Source: Candidatus Poriferihabitaceae bacterium (GTDB lineage Bacteria; Pseudomonadota; Gammaproteobacteria; Arenicellales; Poriferihabitantaceae). Taken from it: a DNA stretch of 64,000 nucleotides. The notes beneath the pieces are model-generated. The model made no database searches and had not been told where the DNA came from. It worked only from the letters and a program-made list of their open reading frames with translations. The position numbers were made by a program, and so were the translations under genes. The first letter of the stretch is position 1. Every line of letters begins with the position of its first letter. Where the stretch lies: contig OZ245025.1 of NCBI GenBank assembly GCA_965223465.1, positions 722,718 through 786,717 on the forward strand, in the 5' to 3' direction. Below are positions 54,843 to 64,000 of the stretch, one piece after another.

Positions 54843-56051
54843 TTAAATATCGTGATAGCGCGTCCCAACCCCATCACGGACCAGCGTCATAGTTTTCTGT
54901 GCGACTGCGCGCGCTTTTTCATTGCCCTGTTCAATCACTTTTACCAAACGCGCTCGATCTTTCTCATAAGGCTCGGCACGGGCATGAATTTGCTTTTGTT
55001 CGGCCAGTACTGCATCGATCAAGGGTTGCTTGCAATCCACGCAGCCTATCCCGGCAGTGGTACATTCTTGCTGGATCCACGCGTGTGTGGCATCGTCGGT
55101 ATAGGTTTGATGCAAGGCTCTTACCGGGCACTTAGCTGGATCACCCGGATCCGTTCGGCGTACCCTCGCTGGGTCGGTTGGCATGGCGCGCAGGGCCTTT
55201 TCAACGCGTACGGGATCATCGCGCAACGCAATGGTATTATTGTAAGACTTAGACATTTTCTGCCCATCAAGCCCTGGTAATTTAGCGCTTTCAGTCAACA
55301 AAACACCGGGTTCAGGCAAGATGATACGGCCTTTATCGTTCAGATAAGCGGTTAAATCGGTCTTTTCCTGGGCCGAAATATTCTGTTGCTCACTAAGTAA
55401 TTCCAGTGCATGTTCATGCGCTTCATGCTGACCATCCTGTAAGTATGCTTGACGGAATCGGGTGAACGATTTTTTTGCCTTTTTACCCATCTTGTTAATG
55501 GCCAAGTCAATCGCCTGATCAAACAATTGACCGCGGCCAAACATATGGTTAAAGCGCCGCGCAATTTCGCGCGTCAGTTCTACGTGTGGTACCTGATCTT
55601 CGCCAACGGGTACGCCATTGGCACGATACATGAGAATATCAGCTGATTGCAGTAACGGGTATCCTAGAAAACCATAGGTAGATAAGTCCTTATCTTTTAA
55701 TTTTTCCTGTTGATCTTTAAAACTGGGCACACGCTCCAGCCAGCTAAGCGGTGTGATCATAGAAAGCAATAGATGGAGTTCTGCGTGCTCTGGAATGCAG
55801 GATTGCACAAAGCAACTGGCTTTGTCCGGATCGATACCCGCCGCCAACCAGTCGATCACCATTTCCCAGACGTTTTCCTCCAGCATCGATGGGGTTTCAT
55901 AATGTGTGGTAAGGGCATGCCAATCTGCGACGAAGAAAAAACAATCGTGGTCCGCTTGCAAGCGGACCCAATTTTTTAGCGCGCCATGATAATTGCCCAA
56001 ATGCAAGTGTCCCGTGGGACGCATGCCAGATAGAATTCGTGATTGACTCAT
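54843..56051 (-). CDS. trpS: Tryptophan--tRNA ligase (long form with a C-terminal four-Cys motif)
   Basis: SGMRPTGHLHLGNYHGAL (HIGH), KMSKS and GYPLLQSADIL. Cys308/330/337/340 form C-x21-C-x6-C-x2-C. Confidence 0.93.
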   Translation of the reverse strand: MSQSRILSGMRPTGHLHLGNYHGALKNWVRLQADHDCFFFVADWHALTTHYETPSMLEENVWEMVIDWLAAGIDPDKASCFVQSCIPEHAELHLLLSMITPLSWLERVPSFKDQQEKLKDKDLSTYGFLGYPLLQSADILMYRANGVPVGEDQVPHVELTREIARRFNHMFGRGQLFDQAIDLAINKMGKKAKKSFTRFRQAYLQDGQHEAHEHALELLSEQQNISAQEKTDLTAYLNDKGRIILPEPGVLLTESAKLPGLDGQKMSKSYNNTIALRDDPVRVEKALRAMPTDPARVRRTDPGDPAKCPVRALHQTYTDDATHAWIQQECTTAGIGCVDCKQPLIDAVLAEQKQIHARAEPYEKDRARLVKVIEQGNEKARAVAQKTMTLVRDGVGTRYHDI

Positions 56052-56067
56052 TTAACCATTCTTGTGT

Positions 56068-56685
56068 TCAAAAGATATCTGCTTCACCCTTACCCTGGCG
56101 CAGCAACCGGGTTTCGCCGCCTTTTACTTCAATGACCGTGGTCGGTGCTAAATCGCAGGGCCCTGCATCGATAATCAAATCCAGCTGATGGCCAATACGC
56201 TGTTCAATTTCATGCGCATCATTGAGCGGCAAATCATCACCTTTCAACCATAACGTCGAACTCATTATTGGCTCCCCCAATTCGGTTAACAAGGCGCTTA
56301 CGATGGGATAATCCGGGACCCGTAACCCAATGGTTTTTCGCTTTGGATGCTGCAAGCGGCGTGGCACTTCACGCGACGCGGGAAGAATAAAGGTATACGG
56401 CCCGGGAGTAAAGTGCTTGAGCATACGGTAATCCTGGTTTTCCACTCGCGCATATTTGGCCAGAATGGACAAATCAGCGCAGACCAGTGTGAAATTATGA
56501 TCCGGCCCCGCCTCACGAATACGCCGGATGCGTTCCAGCGCCTTGGCATCACCGATATGACAGCCCAGCGCGTAACTTGAATCCGTTGGATAAGCCATAA
56601 TGCCGCCCTTTTCTACGATCTTAACCGCTTGGGTGATCAATCTGGGTTGCGGGTTTTGTGGGTGAATACTGAAAAGCTGCGCCAT
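56068..56685 (-). CDS. yciO: YciO (Sua5/YrdC/YciO family, threonylcarbamoyl-AMP synthase-like)
   Basis: Colinear with E. coli YciO: IHPQNPQPRLI.QAV.IV.KGG...YPTDS.YALGC, HNFTL.C.DLS, TPG.YTFIL, KRKTIG.RVP. Confidence 0.88.
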   Translation of the reverse strand: MAQLFSIHPQNPQPRLITQAVKIVEKGGIMAYPTDSSYALGCHIGDAKALERIRRIREAGPDHNFTLVCADLSILAKYARVENQDYRMLKHFTPGPYTFILPASREVPRRLQHPKRKTIGLRVPDYPIVSALLTELGEPIMSSTLWLKGDDLPLNDAHEIEQRIGHQLDLIIDAGPCDLAPTTVIEVKGGETRLLRQGKGEADIF

Positions 56686-56695
56686 CCTACTATCT

Positions 56696-58027
56696 TTAAC
56701 TGGCTTTACGCGGGCGTCGACTAGATTTGCCGCGACGAGGCTTAGGCAAGGCTTGCACCATCTTTAGTTTACCCGCATCTTTCTGGTTTTGAATACGTGT
56801 CCACCAGCCGGTTAGTTCCGTATCCACTTCACCGATTGCTTCGCGCAGTAACAAAAAATCATATGCAGCGCGAAACCGTCGGTTATCAAGCAAGTCATCG
56901 ATTGCATGTGCCCGGCGCATCGTCAGATGCCACTGTAAATCCCAAATCTCGACAATAATGGCAGAAACCCGCTTGGGAATCGCAATAGTTGGATATTGCT
57001 GGCGAAATACGTTTTCAGCAATTTGCATGACACCCGCTTTACCACGAGGTGCTTTCTTGCGGCGTCTACGCTCGAGCTGATAAGTGTGCCACAAGGCAAC
57101 CGCGAAGAAAAAAGCTGGAATAACCGGTTTGCCTTGGGTGACACGCCTGTCAGTATTTTCTAGCGCGTGGAGTACAAACTGTTCACACTGTGCATTTTGT
57201 TGCATCGCTTTTGCAGTCAGCGGTAGCAGCATTGGAATAAAATCGTGCTCGCGTAATGTTTCCCAGCTTTCCATAGCGTGTGCATGATGAAACAATTTGA
57301 AGGTCTCATCGAATAAACGTGCGTTGGAGACTTCCTTGAAATGGAGTTTGTGCTTTTCGATCAGTTGCTCAAGGTTTTGGGGTATCTCAAACCCTAGTTT
57401 GGCTTTAAATCTCATCGCACGCAGCATGCGCACTGGGTCTTCGGCGAAACGTTTGTCGGGGTCGCCAATTAACTCTAGGTGCTGGTTATGGATATCTTCA
57501 ACCCCACCCTGGTAGTCGATAACCTGGCCAGCGACAGGATCAAGATAAAGCGCATTGATGGTAAAATCGCGCCGTTGTGCATCTTCAATTAAACTGCCGT
57601 AAACATTATCACGCAACACCCTACCCGATTGGCTTTGCCGATGATGTGGGGAGTTATTCTCTCGCGGGGCTGTTCGATAAGTTGCCACTTCGATCATCTC
57701 ACGCTGATGATGCACATGCACCAGTTTAAAGCGACGACCTATAATTCGTGCGCGTTTAAATAAAGGTCGAATTTGCTCTGGCCGCGCGTTGGTGGCGACG
57801 TCAAAATCCTTCGGGTGCAAACCTAGTATCCAGTCACGCACACAGCCACCAACCAGATAGCCATCATACCCGTGCTCTTGCAAGGTTCTACAAACCAACA
57901 TAGCGCCTGCGGACACCTCTTCTAATGGAATCGCCAGCGCTTCTGCCGAATAACGAATTTCACCAACTTGGCTGCCTTTTCGTCCCGCTGGGAACAAGCG
58001 CTTACCCATTTTTTTTATGATGTTCAC
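56696..58027 (-). CDS. pcnB: Poly(A) polymerase I
   Basis: LVGGCVRD..LG..PKDFDV.T.A.PEQ, the RRDFTINALY nucleotidyltransferase core, and a basic C-terminal tail. Confidence 0.9.
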   Translation of the reverse strand: MNIIKKMGKRLFPAGRKGSQVGEIRYSAEALAIPLEEVSAGAMLVCRTLQEHGYDGYLVGGCVRDWILGLHPKDFDVATNARPEQIRPLFKRARIIGRRFKLVHVHHQREMIEVATYRTAPRENNSPHHRQSQSGRVLRDNVYGSLIEDAQRRDFTINALYLDPVAGQVIDYQGGVEDIHNQHLELIGDPDKRFAEDPVRMLRAMRFKAKLGFEIPQNLEQLIEKHKLHFKEVSNARLFDETFKLFHHAHAMESWETLREHDFIPMLLPLTAKAMQQNAQCEQFVLHALENTDRRVTQGKPVIPAFFFAVALWHTYQLERRRRKKAPRGKAGVMQIAENVFRQQYPTIAIPKRVSAIIVEIWDLQWHLTMRRAHAIDDLLDNRRFRAAYDFLLLREAIGEVDTELTGWWTRIQNQKDAGKLKMVQALPKPRRGKSSRRPRKAS

Positions 58028-59079
58028 AGAGCGCCTTCTAACATCCGGTTGGAACGCCTTATAACGTAAATGCTATAGCCAATTTGCATGAGGAGAAACG
58101 GGATAAATATAAATACTCGCTGTGAGCCTGGAATCGTCACCATCCACATCGCACCAAGCCCCTGGAGAAAAACCATGCAGTAGTGGATCAATGAAACCTC
58201 TCGGTGGGTAAATTCACTTTGTACCAGCAACTGATACAGATGATCTCGATGCGCCTGCAGTATATTCTCGCCCCGAAGCGCACGCCGCACCAAAGTAAAG
58301 GCAGTATCGTAAATAATATTAAACATTAATAAAGGCATTACCAAAAATGAAGTATGCGATGCGTCATAGCGCGCTGCAATTATGGCGAGTGTGGCAAAGG
58401 TAAAGCCAATAAACGCACTACCCACATCGCCTAAGAATATCTTGGCTGGATGAAAGTTTAAAAATAAAAAACCCAGTGCACCTGCCAGCAAGGTATAGCA
58501 GGTTACATAGACAAATGAGCTGCCCTGATAAAAGCTGATGATCATAAAAAACAAGCTGGCGATCACCGCACAGCCGGCCACCAAACCATCGATTCCATCC
58601 ATAAAATTTACCGCATTGGTTAGGCCTAATATCCAAAAAAAAGAAATGACATAACCCCAAAACCCAAGCGTGATATAACCTACTCCTGGAAGCGCTAAAT
58701 GGTCTATTACGATCCCGCTGACGAGTACGATGGCAACCGCCATAATGTGCGTATTGAGTTTAAATCGTGCACTTTTATTGTAAATATCATCAATCAACGA
58801 AATGACTGCGATAATCAATGCTGAGAAAACAAAGCCCCACATATATTGTTTATTAATTAGGGTGATATCTCCCTGGGTAATAATAAACACCATACCCAGT
58901 AAAAAGGTAACAACAATCGAAACCCCACCCGATCTGGGCAAAGGTCTTACGTGGGACGAGCGTTGATTGGGCCGGTCAATAATTCGCCCATAGCGACGCA
59001 TCAGCTCGGTGCCTGCCAAGGCGACCAACGTCAGCACTATGCCAAATAGCACATGGGTATAAAACGCGATATGGGTCAT
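58024..59079 (-). CDS. Glycosyltransferase family 4 (MraY/WecA-type polyprenyl-phosphate sugar-1-phosphate transferase)
   Basis: About 10 TM segments. Motifs: NQRSSH, LIDDIYN, NAVNFMDGIDGL, GDVGS. Its stop overlaps the pcnB start by 4 nt. Confidence 0.85.
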   Translation of the reverse strand: MTHIAFYTHVLFGIVLTLVALAGTELMRRYGRIIDRPNQRSSHVRPLPRSGGVSIVVTFLLGMVFIITQGDITLINKQYMWGFVFSALIIAVISLIDDIYNKSARFKLNTHIMAVAIVLVSGIVIDHLALPGVGYITLGFWGYVISFFWILGLTNAVNFMDGIDGLVAGCAVIASLFFMIISFYQGSSFVYVTCYTLLAGALGFLFLNFHPAKIFLGDVGSAFIGFTFATLAIIAARYDASHTSFLVMPLLMFNIIYDTAFTLVRRALRGENILQAHRDHLYQLLVQSEFTHREVSLIHYCMVFLQGLGAMWMVTIPGSQRVFIFIPFLLMQIGYSIYVIRRSNRMLEGAL

Positions 59080-59294
59080 CTATTATCGAGGAATATCGAG
59101 GCGCGGCGAATAGCAAACATTGGGGCGGAAAATCATGCGCTGATTTTAATCGAATTTGGTGCATAAAACGCAGTCATTATGCGCTTTAGGCTATAATTAG
59201 CGCGACCCATTTCACGGCCTGCCCCTTTGCCACCAAACACTTTGAATTCGCTTACATGCATTATGATATGTAAAGCTTTACTATTTGTTTAAAA

Positions 59295-62200
59295 GTGACT
59301 GATAAATATAGAGAAATACCCTACAACTACACTTCTTTTTCGGATCGAGAAATCGTTATTCGCCTATTGGGAGATGATGCATGGGCGCTAATCAATCGAT
59401 TACGTAGTAGACGTAGAACCGGACGATCCGCGCGTTATCTGTTCGAGTTGCTGGGCGATGTATGGACGGTACAGCGTAATCCCTTTATTTATGATGATCT
59501 GTTGAATAATGCTAAACGCAAAGCGTCATTAGTTCAGACCCTCAACACACGCCTGGAGCATATCGTTGAACGAGCCAACGCAAATCCAGATGTGTTGCAT
59601 TTGCACCAATTGGCAAGTCAAGCCGTGCGCGCTTTTACCGATTCGTTTACGCAGTGTGCCAAAGATAGAGCACGGGTTAAAAAGGCTTTCGTCGGAGTTA
59701 CCCACCCCGACAATATTCGTTTTGATGGGCATGCGCGAGTAGCGCATGTCACCGATGCAACCGACTGGCGTGTAGAATATCCCTTTGTGGTCATTACGGC
59801 TGATAGCGAAAAGGAAATGGCCGCTATTGTAAAAACCTGTATCGACACTGGCTTAAGTATTATTCCGCGCGGTGGCGGGACGGGTTATACCGGCAGCGCG
59901 GTGCCGTTGGACGCATTTACCGCGGTGATAAATACCGAAAAGCTAAGTAAGCTGGACCCGGTCGAATACCTTACTCCGCCCGGTTTAGAAAAATCGATTG
60001 CCACCATTCGCGCCGAAGCAGGTGTGGTCACCAAGCAAGTATCAGATGCAGCGTATAAAAAAGATCTCGTATTCGCGGTTGACCCTACCTCGCAGGATGC
60101 ATCCACAATTGGCGGAAACGTGGCCATGAACGCCGGTGGTAAGAAGGCTGTCATGTGGGGGACCACACTGGATAACCTACTCTCCTGGAAAATGGTGACG
60201 CCCGATGGTAATTGGATGGAAGTTACCCGACTGGGGCACAATCTGGCGAAAATTCACGACCAAGAGAAAGTCCAGTTTTCAATAGAACAATGGAATGAGT
60301 TGGACGGCAAAGACAAGCACACTACCCGGACCTTAACCACCCCCGGCGCTCAATTTCGCCATCGGGGTCTGGGCAAGGATGTCACAGACAAATTCTTAAG
60401 TGGTGTGCCGGGAATCCAAAAAGAAGGATGCGATGGCCTCATCACCAGTGCGCGATTTGTGCTACACCAAAATCGCCCGCTGACGCATACGATCTGCCTG
60501 GAATTTTATGATTATGATTTGCGCGTTTCAGTTCCCGCAATCGTGGAGCTTCGCGATCACCTGGCCACTAACCCAGTGGTTGATCTTGTTGGGCTTGAGC
60601 ACCTCGATTGGCGTTATATAAAAGCCGTTAAATACACCCCTAAATCCGCACAAGGTATCCTGCCACGCATGGTACTACTGATTGATATCAGTGCTGACGA
60701 CGATGCAACACTGGAGCAGGCCGGCAAGCAAATTCTCGATATTGCTCACGCGCGTCATGGAGAGGGTTTTATCGCCACAAGTGATGCAGCACGCGCACGA
60801 TTTTGGGCAGCACGCAAGCGTACCGCAGCCATCGCGGCCCATACCAATGCATTTAAAATTAATGAAGATGTGGTGATACCACTGGAAAAACTGGGCGAAT
60901 ACTCGCTCGGTGTTGAACGCATTAATATTATTCAATCAACCCAAAACAAAATCGCCACGGTTGAGGTACTTGAAGCTTTTTTCAACGACAAACTTAAATT
61001 GTTTGCGTGTTGCGCAGAGAAGTTAAAAGAAAGCGGCAATACTAGCGATGGACCTAATGAACAACTGGACATCCTTGAAGGTAAGCGTCAGACCGCATTG
61101 GATTTATTGCAAAATGCCAAGCAGCAATGGAGCAGCTATCTGGTGCATTTGGATGATCCGATTTCCCAAAGTATGGATAAAAAGCAGGTGGCTGAATTTG
61201 ATGACAACCCCCGGTTAATTGATTTACTGCTGCGTAATGCGCTACGGATATCGCTCAAAGCAACCGTTATTCAACCATTAGAGGTTCTTTTTAGTGGTTT
61301 ACTTCTGAAAGATTTGCGCACTCAAATCAGCCATATCCATCGAAAATACAGACAAAAACGTCTGTTTGTTGCGCTGCACATGCACGCGGGCGACGGGAAT
61401 GTGCATACCAATATTCCGGTTCATTCAAGCGATTATGAAATGCTCGCGGAGGCAGATACCATTGTCGATCAGATTATGCAGCTGGCTTTGTCACTGGATG
61501 GGGTCATTTCGGGAGAACATGGCATCGGTATCACCAAGTTTAAGTATATGCCAGATAATGCCATACAGCCTTTTGTTGAGTACAAAACGCGTATAGATCC
61601 ACACCAGCATTTCAATAAAGGAAAATTAATGCCCGGCAGTGGCTTGCACAATGCCTATACCCCTTCATTTCGTTTGTTGGAAGCGGAAGCACTCATTCTG
61701 GAAGATAGTGATCTGGGCAGATTGAACGAAGAAATCAAAGATTGCTTGCGCTGTGGCAAGTGTAAGCCTGAATGCACGACCCATGTACCTGGTGCAAATT
61801 TACTCTATTCACCGCGCAACAAAGTGCTCGCATCAAGTTTGGTCATTGAAGCGATGCTGTATGAAGAACAAACCCGCCGAGGAATCAGCCTCAATCATTT
61901 CGATGAAATGAATGACATCGCCGATCACTGTACTATTTGTCATCGCTGTCTACCCCCTTGCCCAGTGAATATCGATTTTGGGGATGTCACTATCTTAATG
62001 CGCAAGCTATTGATCGATAGCAATCAGCGACGCACGCATGTAGGTACCAAGTTGGCCATGCATTTTCTCAATATAACCGATCCGCGCTGGGTTCGCTTGC
62101 TGCGCTTCGGCTTTATTCAAATGGGATACACAGCCCAGCGCGGGTTAAGTAAAGCGATGCACAAACTCAATTTACTCCCAGGAAAAAACAACCCGCCCAA

Positions 62201-63164
62201 ATCCACGACCGGCACACCCAATAAGGCGCGTCAGTTAGTGCAGTTTTCTGCCGATCCGCTCCCCATTCCCAAACCACGCAAGACCTTGCGTAAGCTACTT
62301 GGGCTGGATTCAGATAATCAAATCCCCGTATTGTACTTCCCCGATAAAGTAAACCATAAGGATCGAGCTGTATTTTATTTTCCCGGGTGCGGCTCGGAGC
62401 GCTTATTTAGCGAGATTGGTTTGGCCAGCCTTGCGATGCTTGCAGATTTAGGCATGAAAGTGGTGCTACCGCCAGCTTATTTGTGTTGTGGCTACCCGCA
62501 AAAAGCCCAGGGTGAGACAGCACGGGCGCAGCAAATCAGTACCAACAATCGGGTTTTGTTTCATCGTTTGGCATCAACGTTGGCGTACTTGGATGTTAAG
62601 CATGTAATAGCCTCCTGCGGTACCTGCATGGATCAGTTGTTGGAATACCAATTTGATAGCATCTTTCCGGCTTGCCGTCAGCTTGATATACACGAGTATA
62701 TGATGGAGCATGACGTGCAGCTGCAACCTCAGGATCATACTGAATATATTTATCATGAGCCCTGCCATAACCCAATTAAACAGCATGCTTCTCTAACCGT
62801 AATTAATCGTATTCTCGGCAAACCTGCTTACCAAAGTGATCGTTGCTGTGGGGAATCCGGTACTTTTGCCATTAATCGTTCAGATATTGCCGAACAGGTA
62901 AGATTTAGCAAACTCGACTCCCTACAGGCCTGCGCTGAAGAAATTGGATCTGATGCTCTAATTCAGCAGCGGGAAGCACAGCAAATTAAAATATTAACGT
63001 CTTGCCCCTCTTGTAAACAAGGCCTTGCACGCTATGAAAATGACACGAAGATGGAGGTGGATTACTTGGTAACAGAGGTAATCGCGCAGCGCTATGGCCA
63101 GAACTGGCAAGAAGCTGTGCTTAATCAATTTGCCGAAGGTGGGGTCGAACGTATTTTGTTATAA
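59295..63164 (+). CDS. Large fused FAD-linked oxidase / 4Fe-4S / CCG-domain oxidoreductase (YdiJ-like, with an N-terminal DUF3683-like region)
   Basis: 1289 aa. FAD_binding_4 context (IIPRGGGTGYTGSAVP), two ferredoxin-type motifs (CLRCGKCKPEC and CTICHRCLPPCP), and two Cys-rich CCG contexts (YLCCGYP and DRCCGESG). Confidence 0.85.
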   Translation: MTDKYREIPYNYTSFSDREIVIRLLGDDAWALINRLRSRRRTGRSARYLFELLGDVWTVQRNPFIYDDLLNNAKRKASLVQTLNTRLEHIVERANANPDVLHLHQLASQAVRAFTDSFTQCAKDRARVKKAFVGVTHPDNIRFDGHARVAHVTDATDWRVEYPFVVITADSEKEMAAIVKTCIDTGLSIIPRGGGTGYTGSAVPLDAFTAVINTEKLSKLDPVEYLTPPGLEKSIATIRAEAGVVTKQVSDAAYKKDLVFAVDPTSQDASTIGGNVAMNAGGKKAVMWGTTLDNLLSWKMVTPDGNWMEVTRLGHNLAKIHDQEKVQFSIEQWNELDGKDKHTTRTLTTPGAQFRHRGLGKDVTDKFLSGVPGIQKEGCDGLITSARFVLHQNRPLTHTICLEFYDYDLRVSVPAIVELRDHLATNPVVDLVGLEHLDWRYIKAVKYTPKSAQGILPRMVLLIDISADDDATLEQAGKQILDIAHARHGEGFIATSDAARARFWAARKRTAAIAAHTNAFKINEDVVIPLEKLGEYSLGVERINIIQSTQNKIATVEVLEAFFNDKLKLFACCAEKLKESGNTSDGPNEQLDILEGKRQTALDLLQNAKQQWSSYLVHLDDPISQSMDKKQVAEFDDNPRLIDLLLRNALRISLKATVIQPLEVLFSGLLLKDLRTQISHIHRKYRQKRLFVALHMHAGDGNVHTNIPVHSSDYEMLAEADTIVDQIMQLALSLDGVISGEHGIGITKFKYMPDNAIQPFVEYKTRIDPHQHFNKGKLMPGSGLHNAYTPSFRLLEAEALILEDSDLGRLNEEIKDCLRCGKCKPECTTHVPGANLLYSPRNKVLASSLVIEAMLYEEQTRRGISLNHFDEMNDIADHCTICHRCLPPCPVNIDFGDVTILMRKLLIDSNQRRTHVGTKLAMHFLNITDPRWVRLLRFGFIQMGYTAQRGLSKAMHKLNLLPGKNNPPKSTTGTPNKARQLVQFSADPLPIPKPRKTLRKLLGLDSDNQIPVLYFPDKVNHKDRAVFYFPGCGSERLFSEIGLASLAMLADLGMKVVLPPAYLCCGYPQKAQGETARAQQISTNNRVLFHRLASTLAYLDVKHVIASCGTCMDQLLEYQFDSIFPACRQLDIHEYMMEHDVQLQPQDHTEYIYHEPCHNPIKQHASLTVINRILGKPAYQSDRCCGESGTFAINRSDIAEQVRFSKLDSLQACAEEIGSDALIQQREAQQIKILTSCPSCKQGLARYENDTKMEVDYLVTEVIAQRYGQNWQEAVLNQFAEGGVERILL

Positions 63165-63190
63165 AAAAAGCGCCACCATGGGCGCTTTTT
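63165..63190. terminator. Bidirectional rho-independent terminator between convergent genes
   Basis: AAAAAGCGCC-ACCATG-GGCGCTTTTT: a perfect 10-bp stem with A/T tracts on both sides. Confidence 0.8.
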
Positions 63191-63214
63191 GAGCGGGGAT
63201 AGAAAAGCCAAGTA

Positions 63215-63784
63215 TTACTGGCTTTCGTTATACTCTTCCTCACCTTCAAATATCTCTTCTTCAGACTCAAGCTCCTGGCCCTTTAAGTGGTGCGCACCTT
63301 CATTTTCATCAATGACTTCAAGCCCTTCTGGCACTTCACCTTGTTCACCAATGACATCGACGGTCACGTCAAAACTCACATCTGCATGAAGAATGATCTC
63401 AGCTGAAAACTGACCGACCTCTTTAAATGAGCCATCCGGCAAGTTCACTTCTGATTTTTCTATGGTGAGCTCTTCGGTCGATAACGCTTCAGCGATATCG
63501 ACATTCGCGACCGAGCCGAATAAATGGCCCTCAGCATTAGCCAGGCGGGTAATCGTGATATTGCGTGCAGCAAGTTCGGCGCGTGCTTTAGCCACGTCTA
63601 AACGCTCCGCTTCTTGTTTGGCCAGCTTGCGCCGTGCTTCTTCTACTTTTTCTTTGGCGTCTTCGCTGGCGAAGACTGCTTTTTTTTGTGGTACCAAATA
63701 ATTTCGACCATACCCGGGTTTAACCGACACCAGGTCACCCAAGGTCCCCAAGCCACGAATAGTTTCAAGTAATATAACTTCCAT
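63215..63784 (-). CDS. rplI: 50S ribosomal protein L9 with a roughly 40-aa acidic C-terminal extension
   Basis: MEVILLETIRGLGTLGDLVSVKPGYGRNYLVPQKKAV... is canonical L9. After the usual end (...DVTVDVIGEQ) the ORF continues GEVPEGLEVIDENEGAHHLKGQELESEEEIFEGEEEYNESQ. Confidence 0.93.
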   Translation of the reverse strand: MEVILLETIRGLGTLGDLVSVKPGYGRNYLVPQKKAVFASEDAKEKVEEARRKLAKQEAERLDVAKARAELAARNITITRLANAEGHLFGSVANVDIAEALSTEELTIEKSEVNLPDGSFKEVGQFSAEIILHADVSFDVTVDVIGEQGEVPEGLEVIDENEGAHHLKGQELESEEEIFEGEEEYNESQ

Positions 63785-63796
63785 TAGATCACCTCT

Positions 63797-64000
63797 TAGT
63801 TTTTATGGCTGTCGGTATACGGCATCAAAGCAAGAAACCGCGCCTGCTTGATGGCAGTCGATAATTGACGCTGAAACTTGGCTTTGGTCCCCGTATTGCG
63901 CGCAGAAATAATCTTGCCACTTTCGGTGACGAAACCTTTAAGAATTTCAAGATCCTTGTAATCGACTGAAGGAATACCTTCAGCGGTAAATTTACAGATT
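63797..64000 (-). CDS. rpsR: 30S ribosomal protein S18, C-terminal 67 codons; the 5' end lies outside the window
   Basis: The minus strand reads ..[66 protein letters not shown], colinear with E. coli S18. Confidence 0.9.

Noticed and set aside
1-64000. A search for hallmark components of defence or mobile systems (Cas, reverse transcriptase, restriction/modification pairs, STAND/AAA ATPases, nucleases, toxin-antitoxin pairs, integrases, tRNA-linked islands).
   Set aside because: None of the translated ORFs shows such motifs. The only complete mobile element is the IS982 copy, and the only methyltransferase looks like a small-molecule or protein class I enzyme with no partner nuclease.

Overview
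This is a chromosomal window that looks like a moderate-GC, marine-type gammaproteobacterium. All calls come from reading the sequence and ORF translations by eye; no searches or computations were run. I saw no rRNA, tRNA, CRISPR array, integrase or prophage, reverse transcriptase, or recognisable defence genes.

The left half (1-34 kb) looks accessory. In order it contains:
- the 3' end of an RND pump;
- an AraC-divergent six-gene SDR/hydrolase/membrane operon;
- a stress islet of ibpA, a decayed hsp20 and a degP/degQ-like protease;
- a heavily decayed rraA-like pseudogene;
- a periplasmic redox cluster (DUF302, tandem thioredoxin-fold protein, two MBL-fold and two pirin genes, LysR);
- a Tat-exported multicopper oxidase next to His/Cys-rich unknowns, three c-type cytochromes and DUF411;
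- a wHTH-TPR regulator with a methyltransferase and OsmC;
- an ALDH-SDR-SDR-DUF4345-AraC islet in which both SDR genes are broken. One is broken by a 307-bp insertion (75 bp of filler plus a perfect 232-bp duplication), the other by a 1-nt frameshift.

The right half is mostly core: asmA-like, ttcA, ppc, a cspA-type gene, rluB-scpB-scpA-trpS-yciO-pcnB, a GT4 transferase, a 1289-aa FAD/Fe-S oxidoreductase, and rplI-rpsR. It is interrupted at 44-52 kb by an accessory patch with an intact IS982-family element, a chimeric lysE'/hydrolase' remnant, an MscS-like channel and a secreted hydrolase.

Gene decay is frequent, with at least seven independent remnants or pseudogenes.

I found no hallmark of a clearly new system. 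The best candidates for undescribed biology are:
- the multicopper-oxidase/cytochrome/DUF411 cluster with its two metal-ligand-rich unknown proteins (17.6-22.7 kb);
- the MBL/pirin/thioredoxin/DUF302 cluster (10.5-17.3 kb);
- the AraC-controlled six-gene operon (1.4-6.4 kb);
- the odd 232-bp duplication structure at 28.65-29.19 kb.
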